A stretch of DNA of 64,000 nucleotides from NCBI GenBank assembly GCA_003161635.1, contig PMOA01000053.1, positions 137,402 to 201,401 of the forward strand. The letters are read 5' to 3'. The DNA comes from Limisphaerales bacterium (GTDB taxonomy: Bacteria > Verrucomicrobiota > Verrucomicrobiia > Limisphaerales > UBA11358). Of the stretch, positions 19,836-29,485 are shown in pieces. The position numbers and the translations under genes were made by a program. A model generated the notes under the pieces. That model searched no databases. It had not been told where the DNA came from and saw nothing but the letters and a program-made list of their open reading frames with translations. Positions within the stretch are counted from its first letter, which is position 1, and the number at the start of each line of letters is the position of its first letter.

Positions 19836-22262
19836 ACTTCGTTCCCAAAAACTGCCGATGGCTTCGCGTAATGCGGCCGAGTGTCGCACCCGCAAGTATT
19901 TCCACCAAGCCGGGAAGAGGCGCCGATAGCGCGTCTCATTGAAACGCGCGTCAATGAGGAGCACCACGCCGTGATCCGTTTCCGAGCGGATGACCCGACC
20001 AATCGCCTGGAGCACACGGTTCATGCCGGGAAAGGTGTAAGCGTACTCAAATCCCGCCGCGTTCTGCTGTTGGAAATAATCCCGAATCAGATTTCGTTCG
20101 ACGCACAATTGTGGCAGGCCCACTCCGACGATCACCGCACCGATCAAACGCTCGCCGACCAGATCAATGCCTTCGCCGAAGATCCCGCCCAGCACGGCAA
20201 AGCCGACGAGCGTTTCTCCATGGTCAACTGAAAAGGCATTTAGGAACGCATCGCGTTCCGGCTCGGTCATTCCGGGACGTTGAACGAGAATGGGAACGGA
20301 CGGGTGACGAATCTGAAATACCTGGAGTGTGTCGTTGAGATATTGATACGAGGGAAAATAGACGAGGTAGTTGCCGCGCCGCCCCTGCACCAAAGTTCCG
20401 ATCGCCTCGACCACATCCTCCAGCGATTCCGCCCGACCCTTGAAATGGGTTTGGATGCGGTCTTGAATCAACACCGCCAGATTTTCAGACGGGAAAGGCG
20501 AGGCCAATTGCAGCACGGGATCTTCCGGGGCACCGCCCAGTAGAGTGCGGTAATAATCTATCGGCGTGAACGTGGCGGAGAAAAATATGGCGGCGTTGCC
20601 CCGGGCCAGTGCCTTCCGAAGCAGCACGGAAGGATCGAGGCAAAACTGACGCACATTCATTGCCGGCTCGCTTTCGACAATGGTCACGAAGCGCTCATCG
20701 TAAAGTTCGGCGATGCGCCGAAATGAATGCATGCGGAAATACAATCCGAGCAGGGCTTCGCGAAACTCAGCCGGCTGGTTTTTTACCAGCCAGTTCTCCG
20801 CCTCGTCGAGAGCCGTTTCGAGTGGCTCAATTAAACTGTCGGGAAATTCAGGGCTCGTGCTGACACCCTTGTCTTCACTCCGGATCGCCGCAGGCTTTAC
20901 TGGAAACAGATTGAGTTCGACGGCGGTATCGGAAGCTTCAAACGAATCTTCGTGCGATCCGGTGGCGTTACCCAGTTTCCGCATCGCCGAGTGAAGTTGG
21001 GTCAGGGCCTTGGCGCAGCGCGGTGCACCCTGTTTGATGGCGCGCTTAACATCCAGAATCTCCGAGCCATCGAGATCGGCGGAGAACATGTCGCGCGCCC
21101 GGTCCACGAGGTTGTGGGCTTCATCGACGAGGAAGCCGTATGCGCCGCCATCCTCGGCGAAGTGACGACGCAGATAAACCTGCGGGTCGAAAACGTAATT
21201 GTAATCGCAGATGATGGCGTCGGCCCACACGGAGACGTCTAGCGAAAGTTCAAATGGACACACCTGATGCTTCTGGCCGACTTCTTCGAGAATGGCGCGG
21301 GTGATTTCTTCCCGTTCCAGCACTTCGCGGATCGCGGGTTTGACCCGGTCGTAATAACCCAAGGCAAGCGGGCACGTCAGCGGATCGCAGGGATGGCCTT
21401 CGCGCACGCAGACTTTTTCTTTCGCGGTGAGGGTCACGGTGCGCAGTTTCAATCCAGCCCGGCGCAAATCAACCAGCGCTTTCTCAGCGATGGCGCGTCC
21501 GACGGTGCGGGCGGTCAGGTAAAAAATACGTTCCAGTTTTCCTTCGCCAAGGGCTTTGACTGCCGGGAACAGAACGGAAATGGTTTTGCCAATGCCGGTC
21601 GGCGCGGCGAGAAATAATCGGCCGCCATTGGCTAGTACGCGATAGACGGCCACCGCCAGTTCGCGTTGTCCCGGACGATAATCGAGGAAGGGAAAAGCCA
21701 GCGCAGCGGTGGAGGCGTTGCGTGCGAGGCACCAGTGATGACGCTCACGCAGCCAATCAACATACGCGGCGGTGGTCGTGGTAAAGAAGTCAGACAGCTC
21801 GACGAATGAAATGGTCTGGCGAAACTCGGTCACCTTCCCGGCCGGCAATTCCAGATAAACGAGTTGAAGGACGAGTTCCTTCAAGCCGTGTTCCTGCGCA
21901 TGCATGAAGGCATAGAATTTTGACTGCGCCCAATGCAGCTGATCCGCTTTGTGGTCCCAAGTTCCCTGCACGGTTTTAATTTCCTCCAGCAACACTTGTT
22001 GGGACGTAATCAGCAAACCGTCAATCCGTCCCCGGATTCGCAGCGTGAACTCCTCTGTTTCCACCCGATATTCAACCGGCAGCTCGGTTAGATAACCCGT
22101 CGGTCGCGAGCGTTGGATTTTCTGGTGACCCCGGATACCGGCGAGGGCCCGGTCGGAGCCGACGAACTCGCGCTCGCCGCCGAGATCGCCCTGCCGCAAA
22201 ACAAACTCGACCAAGTCACGCACCGAAATTGTATGTACTGGTTTTGAAACCGGGGCACTCAT
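19830..22262 (-). CDS. DinG/XPD (Rad3)-family ATP-dependent DNA helicase with N-terminal PD-(D/E)XK (RecB/Cas4-like) nuclease domain
   Basis: N-terminus has GRIDGLL ... LLEEIKT ... QSKFYAFM (D, ExK, QxxxY). Helicase motifs are Walker A AAPTGIGKT and DEAH box VDEAHNL. A four-Cys Fe-S insert lies in the helicase core, and the C-terminus has VVLLIDARF. Confidence 0.85.
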   Translation of the reverse strand: MSAPVSKPVHTISVRDLVEFVLRQGDLGGEREFVGSDRALAGIRGHQKIQRSRPTGYLTELPVEYRVETEEFTLRIRGRIDGLLITSQQVLLEEIKTVQGTWDHKADQLHWAQSKFYAFMHAQEHGLKELVLQLVYLELPAGKVTEFRQTISFVELSDFFTTTTAAYVDWLRERHHWCLARNASTAALAFPFLDYRPGQRELAVAVYRVLANGGRLFLAAPTGIGKTISVLFPAVKALGEGKLERIFYLTARTVGRAIAEKALVDLRRAGLKLRTVTLTAKEKVCVREGHPCDPLTCPLALGYYDRVKPAIREVLEREEITRAILEEVGQKHQVCPFELSLDVSVWADAIICDYNYVFDPQVYLRRHFAEDGGAYGFLVDEAHNLVDRARDMFSADLDGSEILDVKRAIKQGAPRCAKALTQLHSAMRKLGNATGSHEDSFEASDTAVELNLFPVKPAAIRSEDKGVSTSPEFPDSLIEPLETALDEAENWLVKNQPAEFREALLGLYFRMHSFRRIAELYDERFVTIVESEPAMNVRQFCLDPSVLLRKALARGNAAIFFSATFTPIDYYRTLLGGAPEDPVLQLASPFPSENLAVLIQDRIQTHFKGRAESLEDVVEAIGTLVQGRRGNYLVYFPSYQYLNDTLQVFQIRHPSVPILVQRPGMTEPERDAFLNAFSVDHGETLVGFAVLGGIFGEGIDLVGERLIGAVIVGVGLPQLCVERNLIRDYFQQQNAAGFEYAYTFPGMNRVLQAIGRVIRSETDHGVVLLIDARFNETRYRRLFPAWWKYLRVRHSAALREAIGSFWERSS

Positions 22263-23164
22263 GGGTGGGGCCCGTTATCATCGGTGAACAGCATCGTTGA
22301 ATCCAAATTCATCCGTTTGCTTGCGGCACTCGGATCCGGCGCGTTGAACTGTCGCGTGCGTCGCGCCTTGGCCTGCATGAATTGGATGACCGTTTCGCGA
22401 TCGGCATCGCGTACCGCCAAATCGTGAGCATGAGCCAGTGTCTTTGTCTTTTCCCCAATCCAGGCAATGAATCCGTCATGGTCGCCAGCGAAGAACTCCG
22501 TCAAAACCATCTCAATTCTGCGGAGGTCTGGTTCGCTGCTTTTCGCATCAGAAACAGTGGCAATTTCCCCAAGGCGTCCATGAACCCAGCCTGCCGGCAT
22601 GACGGTGGATCCCAAAGCAGGATTCAGCGCAAACCAAAGCAGCCGCGCCAAGGCGGAGCGCAAATGGACGATGCCACTGCCGAACGGCCCAAATACCTGC
22701 CAGCCCTCGGCGGGAGTTTCTGAAATGGCCAGCGCCAATCGCCTTCCATCACCTTGCCAGACCAGAAAACGGGGTGTCGCCGGCCAGGTGCCTGCCCGGT
22801 TGAATTTAGGTTTGAGTGACAGCAACAATTCAGCTTCTTTCGCAAGCGCAGCGGCTTCGTCCGCGCATTCCTGCAATTCAATGCGGGCGACTGCGCGCAG
22901 CAACCGCAGATGCCGCCGGGCCAGCCGGTCAGGATTTGCCACCCGATAACTGTTCAGCCGCTTTTTGAGGTTCTTGGCCTTGCCGACGTAAAGAATGTTT
23001 CCCTGCGCATCGCGCATCAGGTAAACGCCGGGGCGCTCGGTCAGTTGCCGGAAGAAATCATGCCCCAGCCGATCGACCAATGGCCTCGGGTCAGGGAACA
23101 GCAATGTCTGTGATGTCGGCACGCGGTAATTTAATGCCTGCGGTTGCTTTTGTGAATAATTCAC
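22259..23164 (-). CDS. GIY-YIG nuclease domain protein (UvrC N-terminal / Cho-like)
   Basis: PGVYLMRDAQGNILYVGKAKNLKKRLNSY ... E..LL..LKPKFN. GTG start. 4-nt overlap with the downstream helicase gene. Confidence 0.75.
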   Translation of the reverse strand: MNYSQKQPQALNYRVPTSQTLLFPDPRPLVDRLGHDFFRQLTERPGVYLMRDAQGNILYVGKAKNLKKRLNSYRVANPDRLARRHLRLLRAVARIELQECADEAAALAKEAELLLSLKPKFNRAGTWPATPRFLVWQGDGRRLALAISETPAEGWQVFGPFGSGIVHLRSALARLLWFALNPALGSTVMPAGWVHGRLGEIATVSDAKSSEPDLRRIEMVLTEFFAGDHDGFIAWIGEKTKTLAHAHDLAVRDADRETVIQFMQAKARRTRQFNAPDPSAASKRMNLDSTMLFTDDNGPHP

Positions 23165-23166
23165 AT

Positions 23167-23192
23167 TTGACAGCCATCCTTGCTGATATAGT
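23167..23192 (+). promoter_or_regulatory. possible sigma70-like promoter for lexA (TTGACA-N14-TATAGT)
   Basis: TTGACA at 23167-23172 and TATAGT at 23187-23192. The 14-nt spacer is short for a canonical promoter. The -10 overlaps the palindrome. Confidence 0.3.
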
Positions 23193-23209
23193 GTCTATTT
23201 AGACACTAT
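23188..23209. promoter_or_regulatory. candidate LexA operator: ATAGTGTCT-ATTT-AGACACTAT
   Basis: Perfect 9-bp inverted repeat with a 4-nt spacer in the 43-nt gap between the divergent GIY-YIG gene and lexA. It overlaps the lexA start region. Confidence 0.55.
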
Positions 23210-23831
23210 GAGAATGGCAACGCAAAAGCAGCAACAAATTTTGGATTTTCTCCAAACCTGGCAGCAAACTCATGGCACCATGCCGACCCGGCAGGAAATC
23301 TCCGCCGAATTTGGGTTTCGCAGCCCCAATTCCGTAACAGGGCACCTTCGCCTCATGCGCAAAAAGGGCATCCTTGCCAGCGAACCTGGCAAGGCCCGTT
23401 CGTTGCGCGTCATTTCCCCGCTGGCGAAGCTGCGGAGCCGCATCGTGGATATACCGCTATTCGGCTCAATTCCGGCGGGGCCGCCCCAAACCCGAGAACA
23501 AGATGCCGAGGGTTGCGTTTCAGTGGACGTGGAGAGCATTGGATACAAGCCGACGCGGAATGCTTTTGCATTGCGTGTGACGGGGGATTCAATGATTGGA
23601 CGGCACATCCTCGACGGTGATTTCGTCGTTATGGAGCATGGGCCGGAACCCCGTAACGGCCAGATTGTCGCTGCGCTGGTTGACGGAGCCAGCACGCTCA
23701 AAACGTTCGTGTTGAAAGGTGGCAAGCCCTATCTCAAAGCTGAGAACCCGAAATATCCAAATCCAATTCCTGCGGAAGAGTTGATGATTCAAGGCGTGTT
23801 CAAGGCGCTGATTCGGCGGGCGAAGGAGTAA
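23208..23831 (+). CDS. lexA: LexA repressor
   Basis: Winged-helix N-terminus (PTRQEISAEFGFRSPNSVTGHLRLMRKKG), cleavage region, S24 peptidase core with GDSM and a K in TLKTF. Second ATG at 23214 is possible. Confidence 0.9.
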   Translation: MRMATQKQQQILDFLQTWQQTHGTMPTRQEISAEFGFRSPNSVTGHLRLMRKKGILASEPGKARSLRVISPLAKLRSRIVDIPLFGSIPAGPPQTREQDAEGCVSVDVESIGYKPTRNAFALRVTGDSMIGRHILDGDFVVMEHGPEPRNGQIVAALVDGASTLKTFVLKGGKPYLKAENPKYPNPIPAEELMIQGVFKALIRRAKE

Positions 23832-23879
23832 CGCGCCTCAGACAGCGATTGTCACACCCGATTTGATAGGAGTGATTCC

Positions 23880-26800
23880 ATGCGGACAATTGTTCATCTC
23901 GACGCCGATGCGTTTTTCGCGTCCGTCGAGCAGGCTGCCGATTCCCGGCTGCGGGGAAAACCAATGGCGGTAGGCGGCGAAAGTCGTGGCATCATCGCAT
24001 CAGCCAGCTACGAAGCCCGCAAATTCGGCATCTATACGCCCATGCCAACGGCTAGGGCGCGCAAGTTGTGTCCGAAACTGATCGTTTTGCCCGGCGATTA
24101 CGAACGATACGAACAATTTTCCAATTGGATGTTCGGCGTCGCTTACGATTTCACGCCCGATGTGGAACGAACTTCCATTGATGAAGGTTATTTTGACCTG
24201 ACGGCGAATCGCAAAAAGCCGGCGATCGAAATCGCGCTGACGATCAGCCGGGCCATCCGGCAGTCACTGAAAATCACCGTCAGCGAGGGCCTCGGCTCCA
24301 ACAAACTGGTCAGCCAGATCGCGTCCAAGCTGAACAAGCCTGCGGCGTTTCAAACCGTGCCGAGCGGTCAGGAAAAGCAATTTCTGTATCCCCTGCTGAA
24401 CAAATGGCTGCCGGGCATCGGACCGAAAACCGCCGTGCGCCTCAACGCAGCAGGACTGGCGAACATCGGTCAGATTGCCGCGACACCGGTCGATTTGCTC
24501 TCACTGCTCTTGGGCAACCAGGCACCGATTACGCGGCAATTCGCCAACGGGATCGACGAACGGCCGTTGATTCCGGCGAGCGAACCACAAAAGTCCTACA
24601 GCAAGCAGGAAACATTCAACGAAGACGTGACAGATGAGGAATATGTCGAAGCGGTCTTGCGCGGAATGGCCGATCATCTTTTTGCCCAGGTACGTGACGA
24701 GGGTCGGAGTGTGCGGACACTGACCGTTAAGGTGCGTTACAACGACCGGGACGAAAATCAACGGGCCGAAAGTCTGCGGGAACCAACCGATCTGGAAACA
24801 GATGTTTACGGTCGGTTGCGCGGACTGCTTCGTGAATCGTGGCAGCGGCGCGTGAGCCTGCGGATGGTGTCGTTGAAATTGTCGAACGTGTATGACGGGG
24901 TGTTTCGCGGCGAATTGGCTCTGGAAAATGGAGCAAAGAACCGCGCGGACCGTGAACGCCTCGCTTCGGTCTTAGATGAGTTACGCCGCAACAAGGGCTG
25001 GGACGTCGTTCTGCGTGGCCATGACTTGCGGTTGCGCGATGCACCCAGGGACATCGTGAACGAACGAACAAAACCGCAGATCAAAATCCATTTCGAAGTT
25101 CAGAAGCGAATCGCTCCCGCAACCAAAACCGCAACTTACATTCCGCTCCGTGTTCACAGCCACTACTCATTCCTCGATTCCACGCTTTCGCCGGCTGCGA
25201 TTGTGAATCTGGCCAAACAGCACGGTTTGCCCGCCGTTGCTTTGACAGACACCGGCAACCTGCACGGGGCGGTTGAATTCGTGCTGGTCGCCAAGAAGGC
25301 AGGCATCAAGCCGATTCTTGGAACGGAACTGTGCATCGGCGATAAGGCGTTGCTGCTCTACGTTGAGTCGACGCGGGGGTATCATAACCTTTGCCGCCTG
25401 TTATCGCGCCATGCAGAACAATCGGCAAACAATAACGACGAGGCATCGGTCGCGGCACAGCAACGCCGTCCGTTCCGGCGCGTGGAGTTTGAAGGATTCA
25501 CCGAAGGATTGATCGCCGTCGGCGAGGACCCGCAGCTGGCGGAAATGTTTCCCGGCCGGTTTTACCGAATGGCCACCAGTCTGGAAAACACGCCCTTCGC
25601 TGTGGCGTGTCCTGCCATTCGTTACGCCACTCCACAAGATCGGCAGAAATATGACATCGTCCAGAGCATCCGCACACTGACACTGTTACGAGAGGAACAC
25701 CCGGAGAAGAAGCAGGGCGGGCGCTTCCACTTCCGCACACCGGCGGAAATGACCGCGGCTTGCAGGGAGCACCCTGACTGGCTGCGTTACACGGCAGAGA
25801 TCGCGGATCGGTGCAATTTCGCTCTGCCATTTGGCAAACCCCAATTCCCGGCCTTCACACCGCCTGATGGATCGGCACCGAGTGAGTTTCTGCGCCGTTT
25901 GGTTTTCCAAGGCTTGCGGGAGCGTTATGGGGCACGCGCCGAGCAATTCCAGCCACAGGTTTTGGAGGAAATCTCGACCATCATCGACGTGGGTTACGAG
26001 GAATATTTTTTGATCACATGGGATTTTCTCCAAGACTGTCGGAAGCGTGGCCTTGACTGGATCACGCGTGGCAGCGCAGCCGATTCGCTGGTCTGCTACT
26101 GTCTGGGCATCAGCGGCGTGTGTCCCATCCGATTCGATCTTTATTTTCGCCGGTTTTTAAACAAAGACCGCATGGCTCTCAATAAACTGCCGGACATTGA
26201 CATTGATTTCGCCCACGACTCGAAAGACGACGTGGTCAAACTGATTTTCGATAAATACGGCCGGGAACATTGTGCGGTGGTCGGGGGATTCTCAACCTTC
26301 CAGGCACGGAGCGCATTTGCGGAGGTGGCCAAGGTGTTGGGAGTGGCAGAACGTGAAGTGCGAAAGTTCACCGACCATTTCCCGTGGAGCTTTGGCGGCG
26401 GCTGGGTTCCCGCCGAACACGCACCCAGCGGTGGCGCCAAGCTGATTGACCTGCTCCGCGCCAGCCCCGAAAACCAGGACCTGCCCTTGGACGAGGAACC
26501 TTACCGAACGGCGTTGCAAATGGCCGAATTCCTCGACGGCGTGCCGCGTTATCCGAAAATGCACCCGTGCGGACTTGTGCTTTCACGCGAGCCCATGCAC
26601 GAGTTGACGCCAACTTTCATCGCCAACAAGGGTTACGCGACGACGCACTTTGACATGGACGCGGTGGAGGTCGTTGGTCTGGTGAAGATGGACATCCTTG
26701 CGCAAGGCGGGTTGGCAGCCATGCGCGACGTAAAGGCGATGCTTGGCCAGCGTGGAATCGAGGTGGAGCTGGAACATTGTGTTGCGAAGGACAAATCCGA

Positions 26801-28244
26801 TGGCCGGTTGATATTTGGCGACCCGCAAGCGCCGGAACCCTGGAATGATCCGCAGGTGTGGGAAATGATCGCCGGTGGCGGGGCGCGGGCGGTGCATCAC
26901 ATTGAATCGCCGGCCATGACCAGCCTTTGCCGTCAATGTAACGTCAGAGAGATTGATGGTCTCGTCGCCATCGTTTCCGTGATCCGACCTGGAGCGGCCA
27001 ATGAAGGCAAGAAACTGGCCTTCACGCGCCGCTATCAAGGTTTGGAACCGGTGACGTATCCACATCCGTCGCTGGAAGCTTGTCTGCGGAGCACGTATGG
27101 GCTGGTAGTTTACGAAGAACATATCTTGCAGATCAGCGAAGCGTTTGCCGGGCTGCCGCCTGGCCGGGCGGATGTACTCCGACGCGCCCTAAACAAGCAG
27201 AACCGATCTCTCATAGAGAAAATTCAGGGCGAGTTTTTCCAATCAGCTTTGTCACGCGGCCACTCGCCCGAAAAGATTGACGAGGTGTGGGGCTTGGTCA
27301 CGGGATTTGCCGGTTACGCGTTTTGCAAGGCTCACTCGACGGCTTATGGCGTCGAGGCGTATCAATCCGCGTGGCTCAAGAAATATTTTCCGGCAGAGTT
27401 TATGTCGGCCGTGTTGTCGAACGGCAAGGGATTTTATCATCCCATCGTTTACGTGCTGGAATGCCACCGGCTGGGGCTGCAGCTGTTGCCGCCTTCAATC
27501 AACCAGCCTGGGCCGCTGTTCCAACCGGTCGGTCAAGCCATCCGGGTGCCGGTTCGGTGCGCCAAGGAGCTCACCACCCGGACCAGTGAGAAAATTTTGG
27601 CCGAACACGAGCGTGGGCCATTTCAATCGCTGGCCGACTTTTACCGGCGCGTTGCGGCATCGCCTGAAGAAATGGAATTGCTGTTGCGCGTGGGGGCTTT
27701 CGACGAATTTGGGCGGACGCGCACCGCGCAATTTTGGGAATGCCAGTTTCTCCAACGCGCTTTTGGATATGCGGACAGCGGACGACAAGGCCTGCTGTTG
27801 CCGCCACCGGGTATGGATCGTTTGCCGGAAGTGCCGCTCAATGAACCCACCCGGCGCGAAAGGTTGGAGGCTGAAAACGAATTGTTGGGATTCCCGGCGA
27901 GCGGCCATCCGCTGGAATTGCATGATCACATCGCTTGGAACACATATTGCCCGGTGGCAAAACTGGCCGAGCATGTCGGCGATACGGTGGTGGCGTGTGG
28001 ACTGGTGGTCGAACAGCGGACGCATCATCAGATCACCGGCGAGCCGATGAAGTTCCTGACACTGGCGGACTGGACGGGCATGGTAGAAACCGAACTGTTC
28101 GCGCAGACCTACAAAAGCTACGGATTGGCGACCGTGCGGTATCCTGTTTTGGAAGTCACGGCAACGGTCGAGCCGTTCGAGAACGGGCGCGGCTTTTCGC
28201 TGCGCGTGTTGCGGGCGGGCAAGCCACGCGCGCGATCTGGTTGA
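23880..28244 (+). CDS. dnaE2: fusion protein: Y-family DNA polymerase (DinB/ImuB-like, catalytic residues present) plus error-prone C-family polymerase DnaE2
   Basis: One uninterrupted 1454-codon ORF. Residues 1 to about 400 carry HLDADAFFASVEQ, SIDEGYFDL and a little-finger region. From about aa 421 (nt ~25140) a PHP domain begins (IPLRVHSHYSFLDS...ALTDTGNLHG), followed by a pol III alpha core of about 1030 aa without a tau-binding tail. Confidence 0.85.
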   Translation: MRTIVHLDADAFFASVEQAADSRLRGKPMAVGGESRGIIASASYEARKFGIYTPMPTARARKLCPKLIVLPGDYERYEQFSNWMFGVAYDFTPDVERTSIDEGYFDLTANRKKPAIEIALTISRAIRQSLKITVSEGLGSNKLVSQIASKLNKPAAFQTVPSGQEKQFLYPLLNKWLPGIGPKTAVRLNAAGLANIGQIAATPVDLLSLLLGNQAPITRQFANGIDERPLIPASEPQKSYSKQETFNEDVTDEEYVEAVLRGMADHLFAQVRDEGRSVRTLTVKVRYNDRDENQRAESLREPTDLETDVYGRLRGLLRESWQRRVSLRMVSLKLSNVYDGVFRGELALENGAKNRADRERLASVLDELRRNKGWDVVLRGHDLRLRDAPRDIVNERTKPQIKIHFEVQKRIAPATKTATYIPLRVHSHYSFLDSTLSPAAIVNLAKQHGLPAVALTDTGNLHGAVEFVLVAKKAGIKPILGTELCIGDKALLLYVESTRGYHNLCRLLSRHAEQSANNNDEASVAAQQRRPFRRVEFEGFTEGLIAVGEDPQLAEMFPGRFYRMATSLENTPFAVACPAIRYATPQDRQKYDIVQSIRTLTLLREEHPEKKQGGRFHFRTPAEMTAACREHPDWLRYTAEIADRCNFALPFGKPQFPAFTPPDGSAPSEFLRRLVFQGLRERYGARAEQFQPQVLEEISTIIDVGYEEYFLITWDFLQDCRKRGLDWITRGSAADSLVCYCLGISGVCPIRFDLYFRRFLNKDRMALNKLPDIDIDFAHDSKDDVVKLIFDKYGREHCAVVGGFSTFQARSAFAEVAKVLGVAEREVRKFTDHFPWSFGGGWVPAEHAPSGGAKLIDLLRASPENQDLPLDEEPYRTALQMAEFLDGVPRYPKMHPCGLVLSREPMHELTPTFIANKGYATTHFDMDAVEVVGLVKMDILAQGGLAAMRDVKAMLGQRGIEVELEHCVAKDKSDGRLIFGDPQAPEPWNDPQVWEMIAGGGARAVHHIESPAMTSLCRQCNVREIDGLVAIVSVIRPGAANEGKKLAFTRRYQGLEPVTYPHPSLEACLRSTYGLVVYEEHILQISEAFAGLPPGRADVLRRALNKQNRSLIEKIQGEFFQSALSRGHSPEKIDEVWGLVTGFAGYAFCKAHSTAYGVEAYQSAWLKKYFPAEFMSAVLSNGKGFYHPIVYVLECHRLGLQLLPPSINQPGPLFQPVGQAIRVPVRCAKELTTRTSEKILAEHERGPFQSLADFYRRVAASPEEMELLLRVGAFDEFGRTRTAQFWECQFLQRAFGYADSGRQGLLLPPPGMDRLPEVPLNEPTRRERLEAENELLGFPASGHPLELHDHIAWNTYCPVAKLAEHVGDTVVACGLVVEQRTHHQITGEPMKFLTLADWTGMVETELFAQTYKSYGLATVRYPVLEVTATVEPFENGRGFSLRVLRAGKPRARSG

Positions 28245-28352
28245 TTCGCCTTGTAGGAGACACGAATTGACGCTTTCTGCCTTCTGCCCCCTCATTTCAT
28301 AGGCGGTGTCGAATTTATTTGTCCGCAGATTGCGCTAATACCGCAGATTTAT

Positions 28353-28571
28353 TCATGCCGTATCGTCAGATGAAATTTTCGAAGCCGGCACGCAAAGCTT
28401 TTCCCGCAGCCAGGCGGCAAAAGATTCAGCCCTGTCCATGCTCAAGTCCGTCAATCGCTGGGGCGCACCATCACGAAGTTGCAAGGTCGGCGCAAACGTG
28501 TAGGAAACGCCGGACCTTCTCCGATGGGCAATTTTCTCCAATGTCACTGCGGTAACATCGTTGAACGCCAT
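28353..28571 (-). CDS. hypothetical small protein
   Basis: 72-aa ORF just downstream of the 70-aa ORF at 28599..28811 on the same strand. No motif recognised. Confidence 0.25.
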   Translation of the reverse strand: MAFNDVTAVTLEKIAHRRRSGVSYTFAPTLQLRDGAPQRLTDLSMDRAESFAAWLREKLCVPASKISSDDTA

Positions 28572-28598
28572 AGGCGACCGCTCGCGACGTTTACACGT

Positions 28599-28811
28599 CT
28601 AGGTCTTCCAGACGTTCCCGAAAGCCGATAGCGGTCCACCGAGCTTGGTTCCTCGGTTCGGTATTGATCCTGTGGTCACCTCGCTACTCCCAAGCTTCTG
28701 CATCGGAGATTTAGTCTCACCATAGAAAAAACTTTCCGATGCCACCAGCATCCTTTTGATCCCCTTGGGCAGAGATCGAAAATCAGGGTGCGTCGTGATT
28801 ATCGATTTCAT
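28599..28811 (-). CDS. hypothetical small protein
   Basis: 70-aa ORF, AT-richer than the flanks. No motif recognised. Confidence 0.25.
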   Translation of the reverse strand: MKSIITTHPDFRSLPKGIKRMLVASESFFYGETKSPMQKLGSSEVTTGSIPNRGTKLGGPLSAFGNVWKT

Positions 28812-28968
28812 AATACATCCTTTATCCGTTGCAGAACATTGGACCCACCGTTCTCAAAAAAGTTCAATCGAAGCAGTTGCAGGGACATAAAAACCTCGGT
28901 ACTTGCCACAATGTGCCAGTAAAAGAGGCTGCCGTCATGGACAGCAGCCTTTAATGTGACACTTAATT

Positions 28969-29283
28969 TTACCAGCGATGTCCGCCGTAGAAATGTCCAC
29001 GCACATAGGCTGGCCGATAGCACCATGAGCCAGGCACCCAAGCATAGCCAGTCGTACGATACGACCAATAACCGGGAACCCAAACATAAACTAAGCTTGG
29101 AGAGGCCGGAACCGTTTCAATCACTGCCACCGGTGCAGGTGCAACAGGTGATGCAAACACAACCGGTGTCGTGACGACGATTGGCAACGGCAAACCGATG
29201 GAGAAGCCGAAGTGGACTCCGGCATTTGCAGACATTGCAGCCGCGCCGACAAGTACGGCTATGAGAAGCATTTTGGTTTTCAT
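28969..29283 (-). CDS. secreted YXWGXW/WxPGxW-repeat small protein
   Basis: Signal peptide MKTKMLLIAVLVGAAAMSANA, then VWVPGYWSYRTTGYAWVPGSWCYRP repeats. Confidence 0.6.
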   Translation of the reverse strand: MKTKMLLIAVLVGAAAMSANAGVHFGFSIGLPLPIVVTTPVVFASPVAPAPVAVIETVPASPSLVYVWVPGYWSYRTTGYAWVPGSWCYRPAYVRGHFYGGHRW

Positions 29284-29485
29284 AATTTTATTCCAGGCTT
29301 TATTCTTTATACCAATGCAGACGGAGTATTTTCCGGCAAGTTACATTGCTGGTCAGACTGTATTCTTCCTCAAATCAATGACTTATAACAAATCTGCAAC
29401 TGACTCCAAAACGGCATTTTGTCCAAACACCTCATCGCGCAAAATATGCACACTAATTCACGACTCTGAACCTTCGACTTCAAAG

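Noticed and set aside
23841-23857. Second LexA box between lexA and the polymerase fusion (GACAGCGATTGTC)
   Set aside because: Half-site order and spacing (GACA-N5-TGTC) differ from the 23188 palindrome, and it is a short, low-information match.
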